Source of the DNA: Mucisphaera calidilacus
Lineage (GTDB): Bacteria > Planctomycetota > Phycisphaerae > Phycisphaerales > Phycisphaeraceae
Direction of reading: 5' to 3'
Assembly: GCF_007748075.1 (NCBI RefSeq)
Contig: NZ_CP036280.1
Coordinates: 3,000,001-3,032,000 of the forward strand
Length of the DNA stretch: 32,000 nt
Positions 24,834-32,000 of the stretch are shown here, piece after piece. Below the pieces are notes generated by a model. The model was given only the letters and a program-made list of their open reading frames with translations. It had not been told where the DNA came from and searched no databases. A program made the translations under genes and the position numbers. Every line of letters begins with the position of its first letter. The first letter of the stretch is position 1.

Positions 24834-27548
24834 GTGCGTTTTTCCAGCAGCCTGAGCGGCCGTATTCTGCTGCTGGGGATCCTGCCGACGGTGGTGATTT
24901 TGACGGCGCTCATTCTGGCGCTGGCGGTGAGTGGTGTTCGTCGTCTGCACGAGCAGTCGCTAGAGGCGTTGGAGCTTCTGGCGAACGAGGTGGCGACGCA
25001 GATCAGCCACACGAACGAGCACGCGGGGCTGGGCACGATCATGATGGCGCAGGCGCAGCAGGCGGCGTTGTTCGGCCAGCGTGAGACGTCGGTGGAGTTC
25101 GCGCGTGAGGTGCTGGACCGCTTCCCGCAGCTCAATGGGGTGTCGTTTGTTTATGAGCCGGACGCGGACGGTCAGGACGCGTTGTGGGTGGGCGGTGCCG
25201 GGCCGTTGGCGGCGGGGATGGATGACCGCGGGCGGTTTCTGCCTTACTGGTCGCGTGGGGAAAACGGGTCGCTGGTGCTGGCCGGGGTGAGCGATCCGGA
25301 TGCGCGGCCGGGGTATGCGGAGGCGAAGCGCTGGTACGAGCAAGAGGGCGAGATTCGTGCGGTGATGGGCGAGCCGGTGCGTCTGGGCGACAAAATGCTG
25401 ATCGAGCTGACGTACCCGATCATCGTAGACGGCCGGTTTGTGGGCGCGGCGACGATCGATCGTTCGTTGACGACGATTCGTGCGTTGCTGGAGCGGATCA
25501 AGACGGACGCGTCGGTGGACATCTTTGTGATCAGTGGCGAGCATCGTTTTGTGGCTGCGACGACGGCGGAGCGTGAGTTATTGAAGACGCAGCCGGTGGA
25601 CGAGACGGCCTATCACAAGCTGTTCTCGCGCGAGGCGCTGATCGGCGGCATCGAGGGGATGTACGATCCGTACGACGGCGAGGCGTATTACTTCGCGACG
25701 TCGCAGGTGCGTGCGGGCGGTTGGACGCTGGTGGTGCGTGAGTCGCGGTCGGCGATCGTCGACCCGATCCGCGTGGACTTCACGGTGATCGTGTCGACGG
25801 TGGTGGTGGCGTTGCTGGCGGTGCTGTCGCTTTCGATGTGGATCCTTCGGCACACGAGCACGCGGATTCGGCGTGCCGTGGAGGTGGCGGATCAGCTCGC
25901 GAGGCGGGACCTGTCGGGCGATCTGGACCTGCGGTCGACATCGCGTGACGAGGTGACGCAGCTGGGCGAGAGTTTTCAGAGCCTGGTCGCGACGATGCGG
26001 GAGACGGAGGCGTTCGTGGGCGCGGTGGCGGAGGGTGATTTCAGCCGGACGTTCGAGCAGCGTTCGGAGGCGGACAACCTGGCGCGGTCGATCAACGCGA
26101 TGAGCCGGATGCGTCAGGAGGCGGAGGCGGCGCTGCGCGAGGCGCGTCTGGAGGCGGAGCAGGCGAACGTGGCGAAGAGCGTCTTCCTGGCCAACATGAG
26201 TCACGAGCTGCGTACGCCTCTGAACGGCGTGCTCGGCTACGTACAGATCCTGCTGCGTGACCGTTCGCTCAACGAGCAGCAGCGGCGGAGTCTCGACGCG
26301 ATCATGAACAGCGGCGAGCACCTGCTGATGCTGATCAACGACATTCTTGACCTGTCGAAGATCGAGGCGGGGCGTCTGGAGGTGGACCTGGCGGCGTGCG
26401 ACCTGCACAAGCTGCTCCAGTCGGTCGAGGACGTGCTGGCGCATCGGGCGAAGTCGAAGTCGCTGGCCTTCGAGGTGGACGTGGCGGCGGAGGTGCCGCG
26501 TGGGATCCGCACGGACGCGACGAAGCTCAAGCAGGTGCTGGTGAATCTGGCGGGCAACGCGGTGAAGTTCACGGAGGCGGGGAGCGTGACGATCTCGGTG
26601 GGTGAGACCGAGGACAAGCGTTTGCGGTTCTCGGTGCGTGACACGGGCATCGGGATGTCGGAGGAGGAGTTGGCGGGGATCTTTGACGCGTTCAAGCAGG
26701 CGGCGGCGGGCAAGGACGCGGGCGGGACGGGGCTGGGTCTGACGATCAGCCGTCGTCTTGTGCTGGCTCTGGGTGGCGTGTTGTCGGTGGAGAGTCGGCC
26801 GGGCGCGGGCAGCACGTTCTCGTTCACGCATCCCCTGGAGGAGGTGGACGAAGACGCGTTGAGTCTGGAGCAGACGGCGTCGCTCGCGGGTCATGCCTCG
26901 CTGTCGCTGCCTGAGGTTCAGCGGCGGACGGTGCTGGTGGTAGATGATCGCGAGGCGAACCGTGAGATCCTGGATCATGCGTTGCGTGGCGTCGGGTTTG
27001 CGACGGAGATCGCGGAGAACGGCCGGGAGGCGTTGGACGTGCTGGAGAAGACGCCGGTGGACGCGGTGCTGATGGACGTTCGGATGCCGGTGATGAACGG
27101 GATCGAGGCGACGGAGCGTCTGCGTGCCGACGAGCGATTCAGGGATCTGCCGGTGATCGCGGTGTCGGCGAGCGTCTTCCCGAATCAGCAGAAGAAATTT
27201 CGGGAGGCAGGGTGCAGCGATTTCCTGGCCAAGCCGGTGCGGCTCAATGAGTTGTTCGAGAAGCTCGCGCATCATCTGGGGCTGACGTATACGACGGAGG
27301 ATGCGGCGGAAGAGCCGATGCGCGCGACGACCAGCGAACCGTTGTCGGCGGAGCGAGCGGGCGAGGTGGTGGGGCCGCTTCGCGAGGCGTTGCGGGTTCG
27401 GAGCTTTACGGCGCTCAACGCACTGGCCGAGCGTCTTGCCGCGGACGAGGCGACGGCTTCGGTGGCCGAGCGGATCCGGTCGGCGACGCGTGGCTTTGAT
27501 TTTGATGCACTGGACAGGCTTGCGGACGAGCTTGAGAGAGGTGACTGA
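24834..27548 (+). CDS. Hybrid sensor histidine kinase/response regulator (TM-Cache-like-TM-HAMP-HisKA-HATPase_c-REC)
   Basis: FLANMSHELRTPLNGVLGY (H-box), N/G boxes (LVNLAGNAVKFT, DTGIGM, GGTGLGLTISRRL), REC (VLVVDDREANREIL...VLMDVRMPVMNG...FLAKPV). Two TM helices flank a ~280-aa extracytoplasmic region. Start uncertain: GTG 24834 gives MRFSSSLSGRILLLGILP, while the track ORF begins at TTG 24669. Confidence 0.85.
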   Translation: MRFSSSLSGRILLLGILPTVVILTALILALAVSGVRRLHEQSLEALELLANEVATQISHTNEHAGLGTIMMAQAQQAALFGQRETSVEFAREVLDRFPQLNGVSFVYEPDADGQDALWVGGAGPLAAGMDDRGRFLPYWSRGENGSLVLAGVSDPDARPGYAEAKRWYEQEGEIRAVMGEPVRLGDKMLIELTYPIIVDGRFVGAATIDRSLTTIRALLERIKTDASVDIFVISGEHRFVAATTAERELLKTQPVDETAYHKLFSREALIGGIEGMYDPYDGEAYYFATSQVRAGGWTLVVRESRSAIVDPIRVDFTVIVSTVVVALLAVLSLSMWILRHTSTRIRRAVEVADQLARRDLSGDLDLRSTSRDEVTQLGESFQSLVATMRETEAFVGAVAEGDFSRTFEQRSEADNLARSINAMSRMRQEAEAALREARLEAEQANVAKSVFLANMSHELRTPLNGVLGYVQILLRDRSLNEQQRRSLDAIMNSGEHLLMLINDILDLSKIEAGRLEVDLAACDLHKLLQSVEDVLAHRAKSKSLAFEVDVAAEVPRGIRTDATKLKQVLVNLAGNAVKFTEAGSVTISVGETEDKRLRFSVRDTGIGMSEEELAGIFDAFKQAAAGKDAGGTGLGLTISRRLVLALGGVLSVESRPGAGSTFSFTHPLEEVDEDALSLEQTASLAGHASLSLPEVQRRTVLVVDDREANREILDHALRGVGFATEIAENGREALDVLEKTPVDAVLMDVRMPVMNGIEATERLRADERFRDLPVIAVSASVFPNQQKKFREAGCSDFLAKPVRLNELFEKLAHHLGLTYTTEDAAEEPMRATTSEPLSAERAGEVVGPLREALRVRSFTALNALAERLAADEATASVAERIRSATRGFDFDALDRLADELERGD

Positions 27549-27554
27549 CCGGCC

Positions 27555-29654
27555 ATGGATCAGCCTGCCCCCGAACCCGAAGCGATCACGAGCAACGACC
27601 GCGTTCTGCTCGTGGACGACAACCCCGTCAACCTTGACGTGCTCGCGCAGTCGCTGGAGGCGCGCGGGCTTGAGTTGCTGATTGCCCGGAGCGGCGAGGA
27701 GGCGCTGGTGGTGGCGGCGTCGGCGAAGCCGGCGGTGATCCTGCTGGACATCAACATGCCGGGGATCGGCGGGTTCGAGACGTGTCGGCGGCTCAAGGCG
27801 GACACGAGCACGGCGGACGCGGTGGTGGTGTTCCTGTCGGCGCGAGACGCGGTGGAGGATCGCGTGCAGGGGCTGGAGCTTGGGGCGGCGGACTACATCG
27901 CCAAGCCGTTTCAGGTCGAGGAGGTTCAGGCCCGGGTGGCGCGGCAGATCGCGTTGTACCACGAGCGCCGGGAGCTCAAGACGCGAGCGGCGGACAAGGA
28001 CCCGGCCAGCGAGGAGCGTTTCCGGGCGATCGACCCCGCGTCGCTGCGGGCGATGATCGAGGCGGGTGAGTCGGACCGGTTCGAGCTGAAGTCGACGCTC
28101 CGGTGGAACCTCAAGTCGGACAAGGCGGGCAAGGAGATCGAGGACGCCTGGCTCAAGACGGTGGTGGCGTTTCTCAACACGGACGGCGGCGTGCTGGTGG
28201 TGGGTGTCGACGACGACGGCAACGCGCTGGGGATCGAGGCGGATCGTTTCGATAACGCGGACCGGTACCTGCTGCACGTGAACAACCTGATCCGTCAGCA
28301 CGTCGGCGCCGCGTACATGCACTTCATCCGATTCGACCTCGTGCCGATCGACGACAAGCAGGTGCTGGCGATGCGTGTGCTGCCCGCTGCCGAGCCGGCG
28401 TTCCTGCGGCGGAACAACGACGAGCTGTTCTTCATCCGGGTGGGTCCGGGCAGCCGGAAACTGACGGCGAGTGAGATGGTGGCGTACATCCAGAACCGCC
28501 GCGAGGATCAGACGCGTGAGGTGGTGCCCGCTGAGCCCACGCGAGTGGAAACGGCGCCCGAGTCGCAGGAGCGTGCGCCGGACCGGATCCTGCTGGTAGA
28601 CGACAACACGACGAACCTGCAGGTGCTGTTCCAGACGCTGAGCGATCAGGACTACGAGTTGCTGGTGGCGCGGAGCGGCGAGGAGGCGATCGAGGTGGCG
28701 ACGGCGGGTTCGCCGACGCTGATCCTGCTGGACATCATGATGCCGCCCGGGATTGATGGTTACGAGACATGCAAGCGGCTGCGGCAGAAGCCCGAGACGG
28801 CGGACGTGGCGGTGATCTTCATGTCGGCGTTGCAGGACACCGATGCGCGGGTGCGCGGCTTTGAGGTGGGCGCGGTCGATTACATCACCAAGCCGTTCCA
28901 GGCGGACGAGGTGATCGCGCGCGTGCGCACGCACCTAACGATCCAGAAGCTGCAGCGGAGCCTGAGCGCCGCGAACAGCGAGCTTCAGCGTTTCAATGCC
29001 GATCTTGAGGACAGGGTGGCGGAGCGGAGTGCGCAGCTGGTCAAGAGCCGGGACGCGATCATCTTCGGTCTGGCGAAGCTGGCGGAGTCGCGTGACGACG
29101 ACACGGGGCGGCACCTGGAGCGCATCTGCCGGTACGTGCGGATTCTCTCGGAGGAGTTGGCGCGGGAGGACCCGGGCATCGAGACGTCGTGGGTGGAGTC
29201 GGTGGCGGTGACGGCGGCGCTGCACGACATCGGCAAGGTGGCGATCCCGGACGCGATCCTGCTCAAGCCGGGGCGGCTGTCGGACGAGGAGCGGAGCAGG
29301 ATGCAGGAGCACGCGAAGATCGGCAGCGGCACGCTGAGCGCGATACGGGAGCGTTGGGGGAGTAGTCAGTTCCTGACGACGGCGATCGAGATTGCGCATC
29401 ACCATCACGAGCGTTGGGACGGCAGCGGGTATCCGGACGGGCTGGCGGGCGAGGCGATCCCCTTGCCGGCGCGGATCGTGGCGGTGGCGGACGTGTACGA
29501 CGCGTTGCGAAGCAAGCGTGTCTACAAGCCGGCGATGACCGACGACGAGGCGGCGCAGGAGATCATCAACGCGTCGTGCACGCAGTTCGACCCGCGGGTG
29601 GTCGAGGCGTTCGGGCGTGTGCGTGACGAGTTTCGTCGCGTGCTTGAGGGTTGA
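27555..29654 (+). CDS. Response regulator with REC - AlbA_2 (Schlafen-type) - REC - HD-GYP architecture
   Basis: REC1 (LLVDDNPVNL...ILLDINMPG...YIAKPF). AlbA_2-like region (GESDRFELKSTLRWNL...VVAFLNTDGGVLVVGVDDDGNALGIE). REC2 (LLVDDNTTNL...ILLDIMMPPG...YITKPF). HD-GYP (LHDIGKVAIPD...HHHERWDGSGYPDGL). Starts 7 nt after the kinase stop. Confidence 0.85.
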   Translation: MDQPAPEPEAITSNDRVLLVDDNPVNLDVLAQSLEARGLELLIARSGEEALVVAASAKPAVILLDINMPGIGGFETCRRLKADTSTADAVVVFLSARDAVEDRVQGLELGAADYIAKPFQVEEVQARVARQIALYHERRELKTRAADKDPASEERFRAIDPASLRAMIEAGESDRFELKSTLRWNLKSDKAGKEIEDAWLKTVVAFLNTDGGVLVVGVDDDGNALGIEADRFDNADRYLLHVNNLIRQHVGAAYMHFIRFDLVPIDDKQVLAMRVLPAAEPAFLRRNNDELFFIRVGPGSRKLTASEMVAYIQNRREDQTREVVPAEPTRVETAPESQERAPDRILLVDDNTTNLQVLFQTLSDQDYELLVARSGEEAIEVATAGSPTLILLDIMMPPGIDGYETCKRLRQKPETADVAVIFMSALQDTDARVRGFEVGAVDYITKPFQADEVIARVRTHLTIQKLQRSLSAANSELQRFNADLEDRVAERSAQLVKSRDAIIFGLAKLAESRDDDTGRHLERICRYVRILSEELAREDPGIETSWVESVAVTAALHDIGKVAIPDAILLKPGRLSDEERSRMQEHAKIGSGTLSAIRERWGSSQFLTTAIEIAHHHHERWDGSGYPDGLAGEAIPLPARIVAVADVYDALRSKRVYKPAMTDDEAAQEIINASCTQFDPRVVEAFGRVRDEFRRVLEG

Positions 29655-29660
29655 TGCGAA

Positions 29661-30710
29661 TCAGCGATCGACGCGGCCGGAGGCGTCGCCACCGGCGAGC
29701 TTGAGCACTTCGTCGGCGGAGAGGATGTTGAAGTCGCCGGGGATCGTCTGCTTCATGCAGGAGGCTGCGACGGCGAACTCGAGCGCCTCGCGGGTGGTGG
29801 CGAGGGTGTTGAGGCCGTAGATCAGTCCGGCAGCGAAGCTGTCGCCCCCGCCGACGCGGTCGACGAGCTGGATGTCGTAGACGCGTGAGCGCGTGGGCGT
29901 GGAGCAGTCCTTGTCGTCGAGCATCAGCGCGGACCAGCCGTTGCGTGAGGCGGAGTGGCTCTCGCGGAGGGTGATGGCGACGGTGGAGAAACTGAATTGG
30001 TCCTTGAGCGTCTGCGCGAGTCGGCCGTAGCCGGCCTCGTCGAGGTGGCCGGCGGTGACGTCGGTGTCGTCGGGCTTGATGCCGAGGGACTTCTCGGCGT
30101 CTTCCTCGTTGGCGATGCAGACGTCGACGTGCTCCATGAGCGGACGCATGACGGCCTGGGCCTGATCGGTCGTCCAGAGTTTCTTGCGGAAGTTGAGGTC
30201 GCAGGAGACGGTGCAGCCGGCGCGTTGGGCGGCTTCGAGTAGCTTGGCAAGCGTGGCTCGTGGCTTCTCGCCGAGCGCGGGGGTGATGCCGGTCCAGTGG
30301 AACCAGGACGCGTTCTTGAAGATGGCGTCGGGATCGATCTCGGCGGGCTCGAGGGTGGTGACGGCGGCGTTGGCGCGGTCGTAGACGACCTTGCTGGGCC
30401 GCTGGCTGGCGCCGGTTTCGAGGAAGTAGATGCCGACGCGGTCGCCACCCCGGACGATGAGGCCGGTGTCGACGCCGAAGCGACGCAGGTGGTTGACGGC
30501 GGCCTGGCCGATCTCGTGACTCGGGAGCTTGGACAGGAAGGCGGCGTCGAGACCGAACTGGGCGAGCGACGCGGCGACGTTGGCCTCGCCCCCGCCGTAG
30601 ACGGCGTCGAAGCGGTCGGTCTGGAGGAAGCGGCTGAAGCCGGGCGTCGAGAGACGCAGCATGATCTCGCCAAAGGTCACAACACGCACAGGGCTGGCAG
30701 GCATGGTCAA
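29661..30710 (-). CDS. kdgK: 2-dehydro-3-deoxygluconokinase (PfkB family)
   Basis: VVTFGEIMLRLSTPGFSRFLQTDRFDAVYGGGEANVAASLAQFG..., C-terminal DRVGGGDSFAAGLIYG. Adjacent to eda. Confidence 0.8.
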   Translation of the reverse strand: MTMPASPVRVVTFGEIMLRLSTPGFSRFLQTDRFDAVYGGGEANVAASLAQFGLDAAFLSKLPSHEIGQAAVNHLRRFGVDTGLIVRGGDRVGIYFLETGASQRPSKVVYDRANAAVTTLEPAEIDPDAIFKNASWFHWTGITPALGEKPRATLAKLLEAAQRAGCTVSCDLNFRKKLWTTDQAQAVMRPLMEHVDVCIANEEDAEKSLGIKPDDTDVTAGHLDEAGYGRLAQTLKDQFSFSTVAITLRESHSASRNGWSALMLDDKDCSTPTRSRVYDIQLVDRVGGGDSFAAGLIYGLNTLATTREALEFAVAASCMKQTIPGDFNILSADEVLKLAGGDASGRVDR

Positions 30711-30728
30711 TCCAATCGATCGGTGGGT

Positions 30729-31364
30729 TCAGGCATCGGCGCTGGCGCGGATGCGTTGGGCGTTGGCGGTGATGGCGGCCCAGTCCTTGCTCTCGAGGGC
30801 GGCCTTGGAGCAGAGCGCGCTGCCGGCACCGACGGCGATGGCTCCGGCGGCGATCCACTCGCCGGCGTTGTCGAGGGTGACGCCCCCGGTGGGCATCATG
30901 CGCAGGTGGGGCATGGGAGCACGGACCGCTTTGAAGAAGGGGATGCCCACCACGTCGGCGGGGAAGACCTTGACGACGTCGGCCCCGGCCTGGGTGGCGC
31001 GGTGGATCTCGGTGGGCGTGAAGCAGCCGGGCATAGCGGCGGCGTTGGCGGCGTGGGCGGCATCGATGACGGCGGGGTCGAAGACCGGGCTGACGACGTA
31101 CTTCGCACCGGCCTCGACGGCTGCGGTGGCGTCGTCGGTGGTGAGAACGGAGCCGACGCCGATGAACAGCTCGTCGCCGAACCGCTTGTCGAGGTCGCGG
31201 ATGCACTCGATGGCGTTGGTGGTGGTGAGGGTGACCTCGATCGCGCGCACGCCGCCGGCGGCGAGTGCCTCGGCGAGCGCGGGCATGTCCTCGGCGGCTT
31301 TGAGGCGGACGACGGCAACGATGCGTTCTTTCTCGAGACGCTGGAGTATCGCTTCACGACTCAT
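30729..31364 (-). CDS. eda: KDPG / 4-hydroxy-2-oxoglutarate aldolase
   Basis: IVAVVRL...GGVRAIEVTLTT...GVGSVLT...AGAKYVVSP...MPGCFTPTEI...GADVVKVFPA...MPTGGV. Typical Eda. Confidence 0.85.
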   Translation of the reverse strand: MSREAILQRLEKERIVAVVRLKAAEDMPALAEALAAGGVRAIEVTLTTTNAIECIRDLDKRFGDELFIGVGSVLTTDDATAAVEAGAKYVVSPVFDPAVIDAAHAANAAAMPGCFTPTEIHRATQAGADVVKVFPADVVGIPFFKAVRAPMPHLRMMPTGGVTLDNAGEWIAAGAIAVGAGSALCSKAALESKDWAAITANAQRIRASADA

Positions 31365-31385
31365 GGGGGATCCTGGACTCTCTTA

Positions 31386-32000
31386 CTAGAGGCGTTGGGT
31401 GGTGAGGCCGCCATCGACCATGATGGCCTGACCGGTAGCATACGGCAGGTCGCCTCGGACAAGGGCCGCGACCACGGAACCAACGTCTTCGGGTTTTCCC
31501 CAGCGTCGGTCGATCGCGATGCCCTCGGCGAAGAGCTTGTCGTACTTCTCGGTGACCCCCGAGGTCATGTCGGTTTGGATGATGCCGGGGCGGACCTCGT
31601 AGCAGGGGATGCCGAACTCGCCCAGGCGAGCGGCCCAGAGCTGCGCGGCCATGGAGAGCGCCGCCTTGCTCAGGCAGTAATCGCCTCGGTTGACCGAGAC
31701 GACGGTGGAGCTGATGGAGGTGACGAAGGTGATGCTGGGCGTGCGGGTGTCGTCGGCCTGCTTCTGCTGGATCATCCAGTTGGCGACGCGTTGGGTGAGG
31801 AAGTAGGGGCCGCGGAGGTTGATCGAGATCAGACGGTCGAAGCTCTCGGCGGTCGCCTCGCGGATGTCGGCACGCTCGTTGGGTGCGACGCCCGCGTTGT
31901 TGATCAGCGCATCGAGCCGGCCGAAGCGTTCGTCGATGGCCTGCACGAGTCGCTCGTGGTCATCGAGGGAGGCGATGTCGGCGGCGACGTAGAGGACATC
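31386..32000 (-). CDS. SDR-family oxidoreductase (3-oxoacyl-ACP-reductase-like), 5' end outside window
   Basis: NNAGV, SINLRGPYFLTQ, catalytic YCLSKAAL, PGIIQTDM, ...GQAIMVDGGLTTQRL*. The frame stays open to position 32000 (DVLYVAADIASLDDHERLV...). Confidence 0.75.
   Translation of the reverse strand, partial: DVLYVAADIASLDDHERLVQAIDERFGRLDALINNAGVAPNERADIREATAESFDRLISINLRGPYFLTQRVANWMIQQKQADDTRTPSITFVTSISSTVVSVNRGDYCLSKAALSMAAQLWAARLGEFGIPCYEVRPGIIQTDMTSGVTEKYDKLFAEGIAIDRRWGKPEDVGSVVAALVRGDLPYATGQAIMVDGGLTTQRL

Noticed and set aside
24525-25135. Minus-strand ORFs 24525-24950 and 24557-25135 upstream of and overlapping the kinase start
   Set aside because: The translations are Gln/Arg/Pro/Thr-rich low complexity. 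They overlap the kinase N-terminus and the 57-nt repeat and have no motifs.
27276-27548. Hpt domain at the C-terminus of the hybrid kinase
   Set aside because: The segment contains no histidine, so a canonical HxxKG phosphotransfer site is impossible. It is kept only as an unexplained helical tail.
25578-28934. 1118-aa minus-strand ORF, the longest in the window
   Set aside because: It is antisense to two well-supported genes (histidine kinase, response regulator). The translation is Arg/His/Pro/Leu/Gln-rich low complexity with no recognisable domain. This is the typical stop-poor antisense frame of high-GC coding DNA.
29566-31389. Several long ORFs (29566-31206 minus, 29924-30673 minus, 30896-31357 minus, 30661-31389 plus) overlapping kdgK and eda
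   Set aside because: The translations are Arg/Pro/Ser/Ala-rich with no motifs. The kdgK and eda frames carry clear family signatures, so these are alternative-frame artefacts.

Overview
High-GC bacterial chromosomal window. DUF1559 pseudopilin, PEP-CTERM anchors and dockerin-type repeats suggest Planctomycetota/PVC (inference only). Layout, left to right:
(1) A membrane-anchored Mrr-type nuclease gene and two tiny overlapping membrane ORFs.
(2) A mobile-element patch: an IS3-family element (1773-4446) whose orfB is split by a nested IS110/IS1111-type element (2674-4061), then an inverted solo IS3 left end (4814-4976).
(3) A ~17-kb carbohydrate block of visibly lower GC. On the minus strand: a GH127-like / GH78 rhamnosidase-like / GPH-MFS operon. 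On the plus strand: a divergent AraC regulator, a DUF1559 pseudopilin, two paralogous CBM-like PEP-CTERM proteins flanking a dockerin-bearing hydrolase-like protein, a beta-helix protein, and araB-araD-araA.
(4) A scar zone: an IS3 right-end remnant, a 9-bp x12 tandem repeat, an AAA/DUF4143 ATPase and an aberrant tRNA-Gly(UCC)-like sequence.
(5) Higher-GC DNA with a hybrid Cache/HAMP histidine kinase coupled to a REC-AlbA_2-REC-HD-GYP regulator, then convergent kdgK-eda-SDR genes.
No CRISPR array, rRNA or canonical tRNA was found.
Most notable observations:
- the REC-AlbA_2-REC-HD-GYP architecture;
- the PEP-CTERM + dockerin surface module inside an arabinose locus;
- a candidate bridge/seek-RNA region in the nested IS, with segments matching both insertion junctions;
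- a 57/61-nt inverted repeat pair bracketing the lower-GC block.
All domain calls come from motif recognition by eye; no database search was run.
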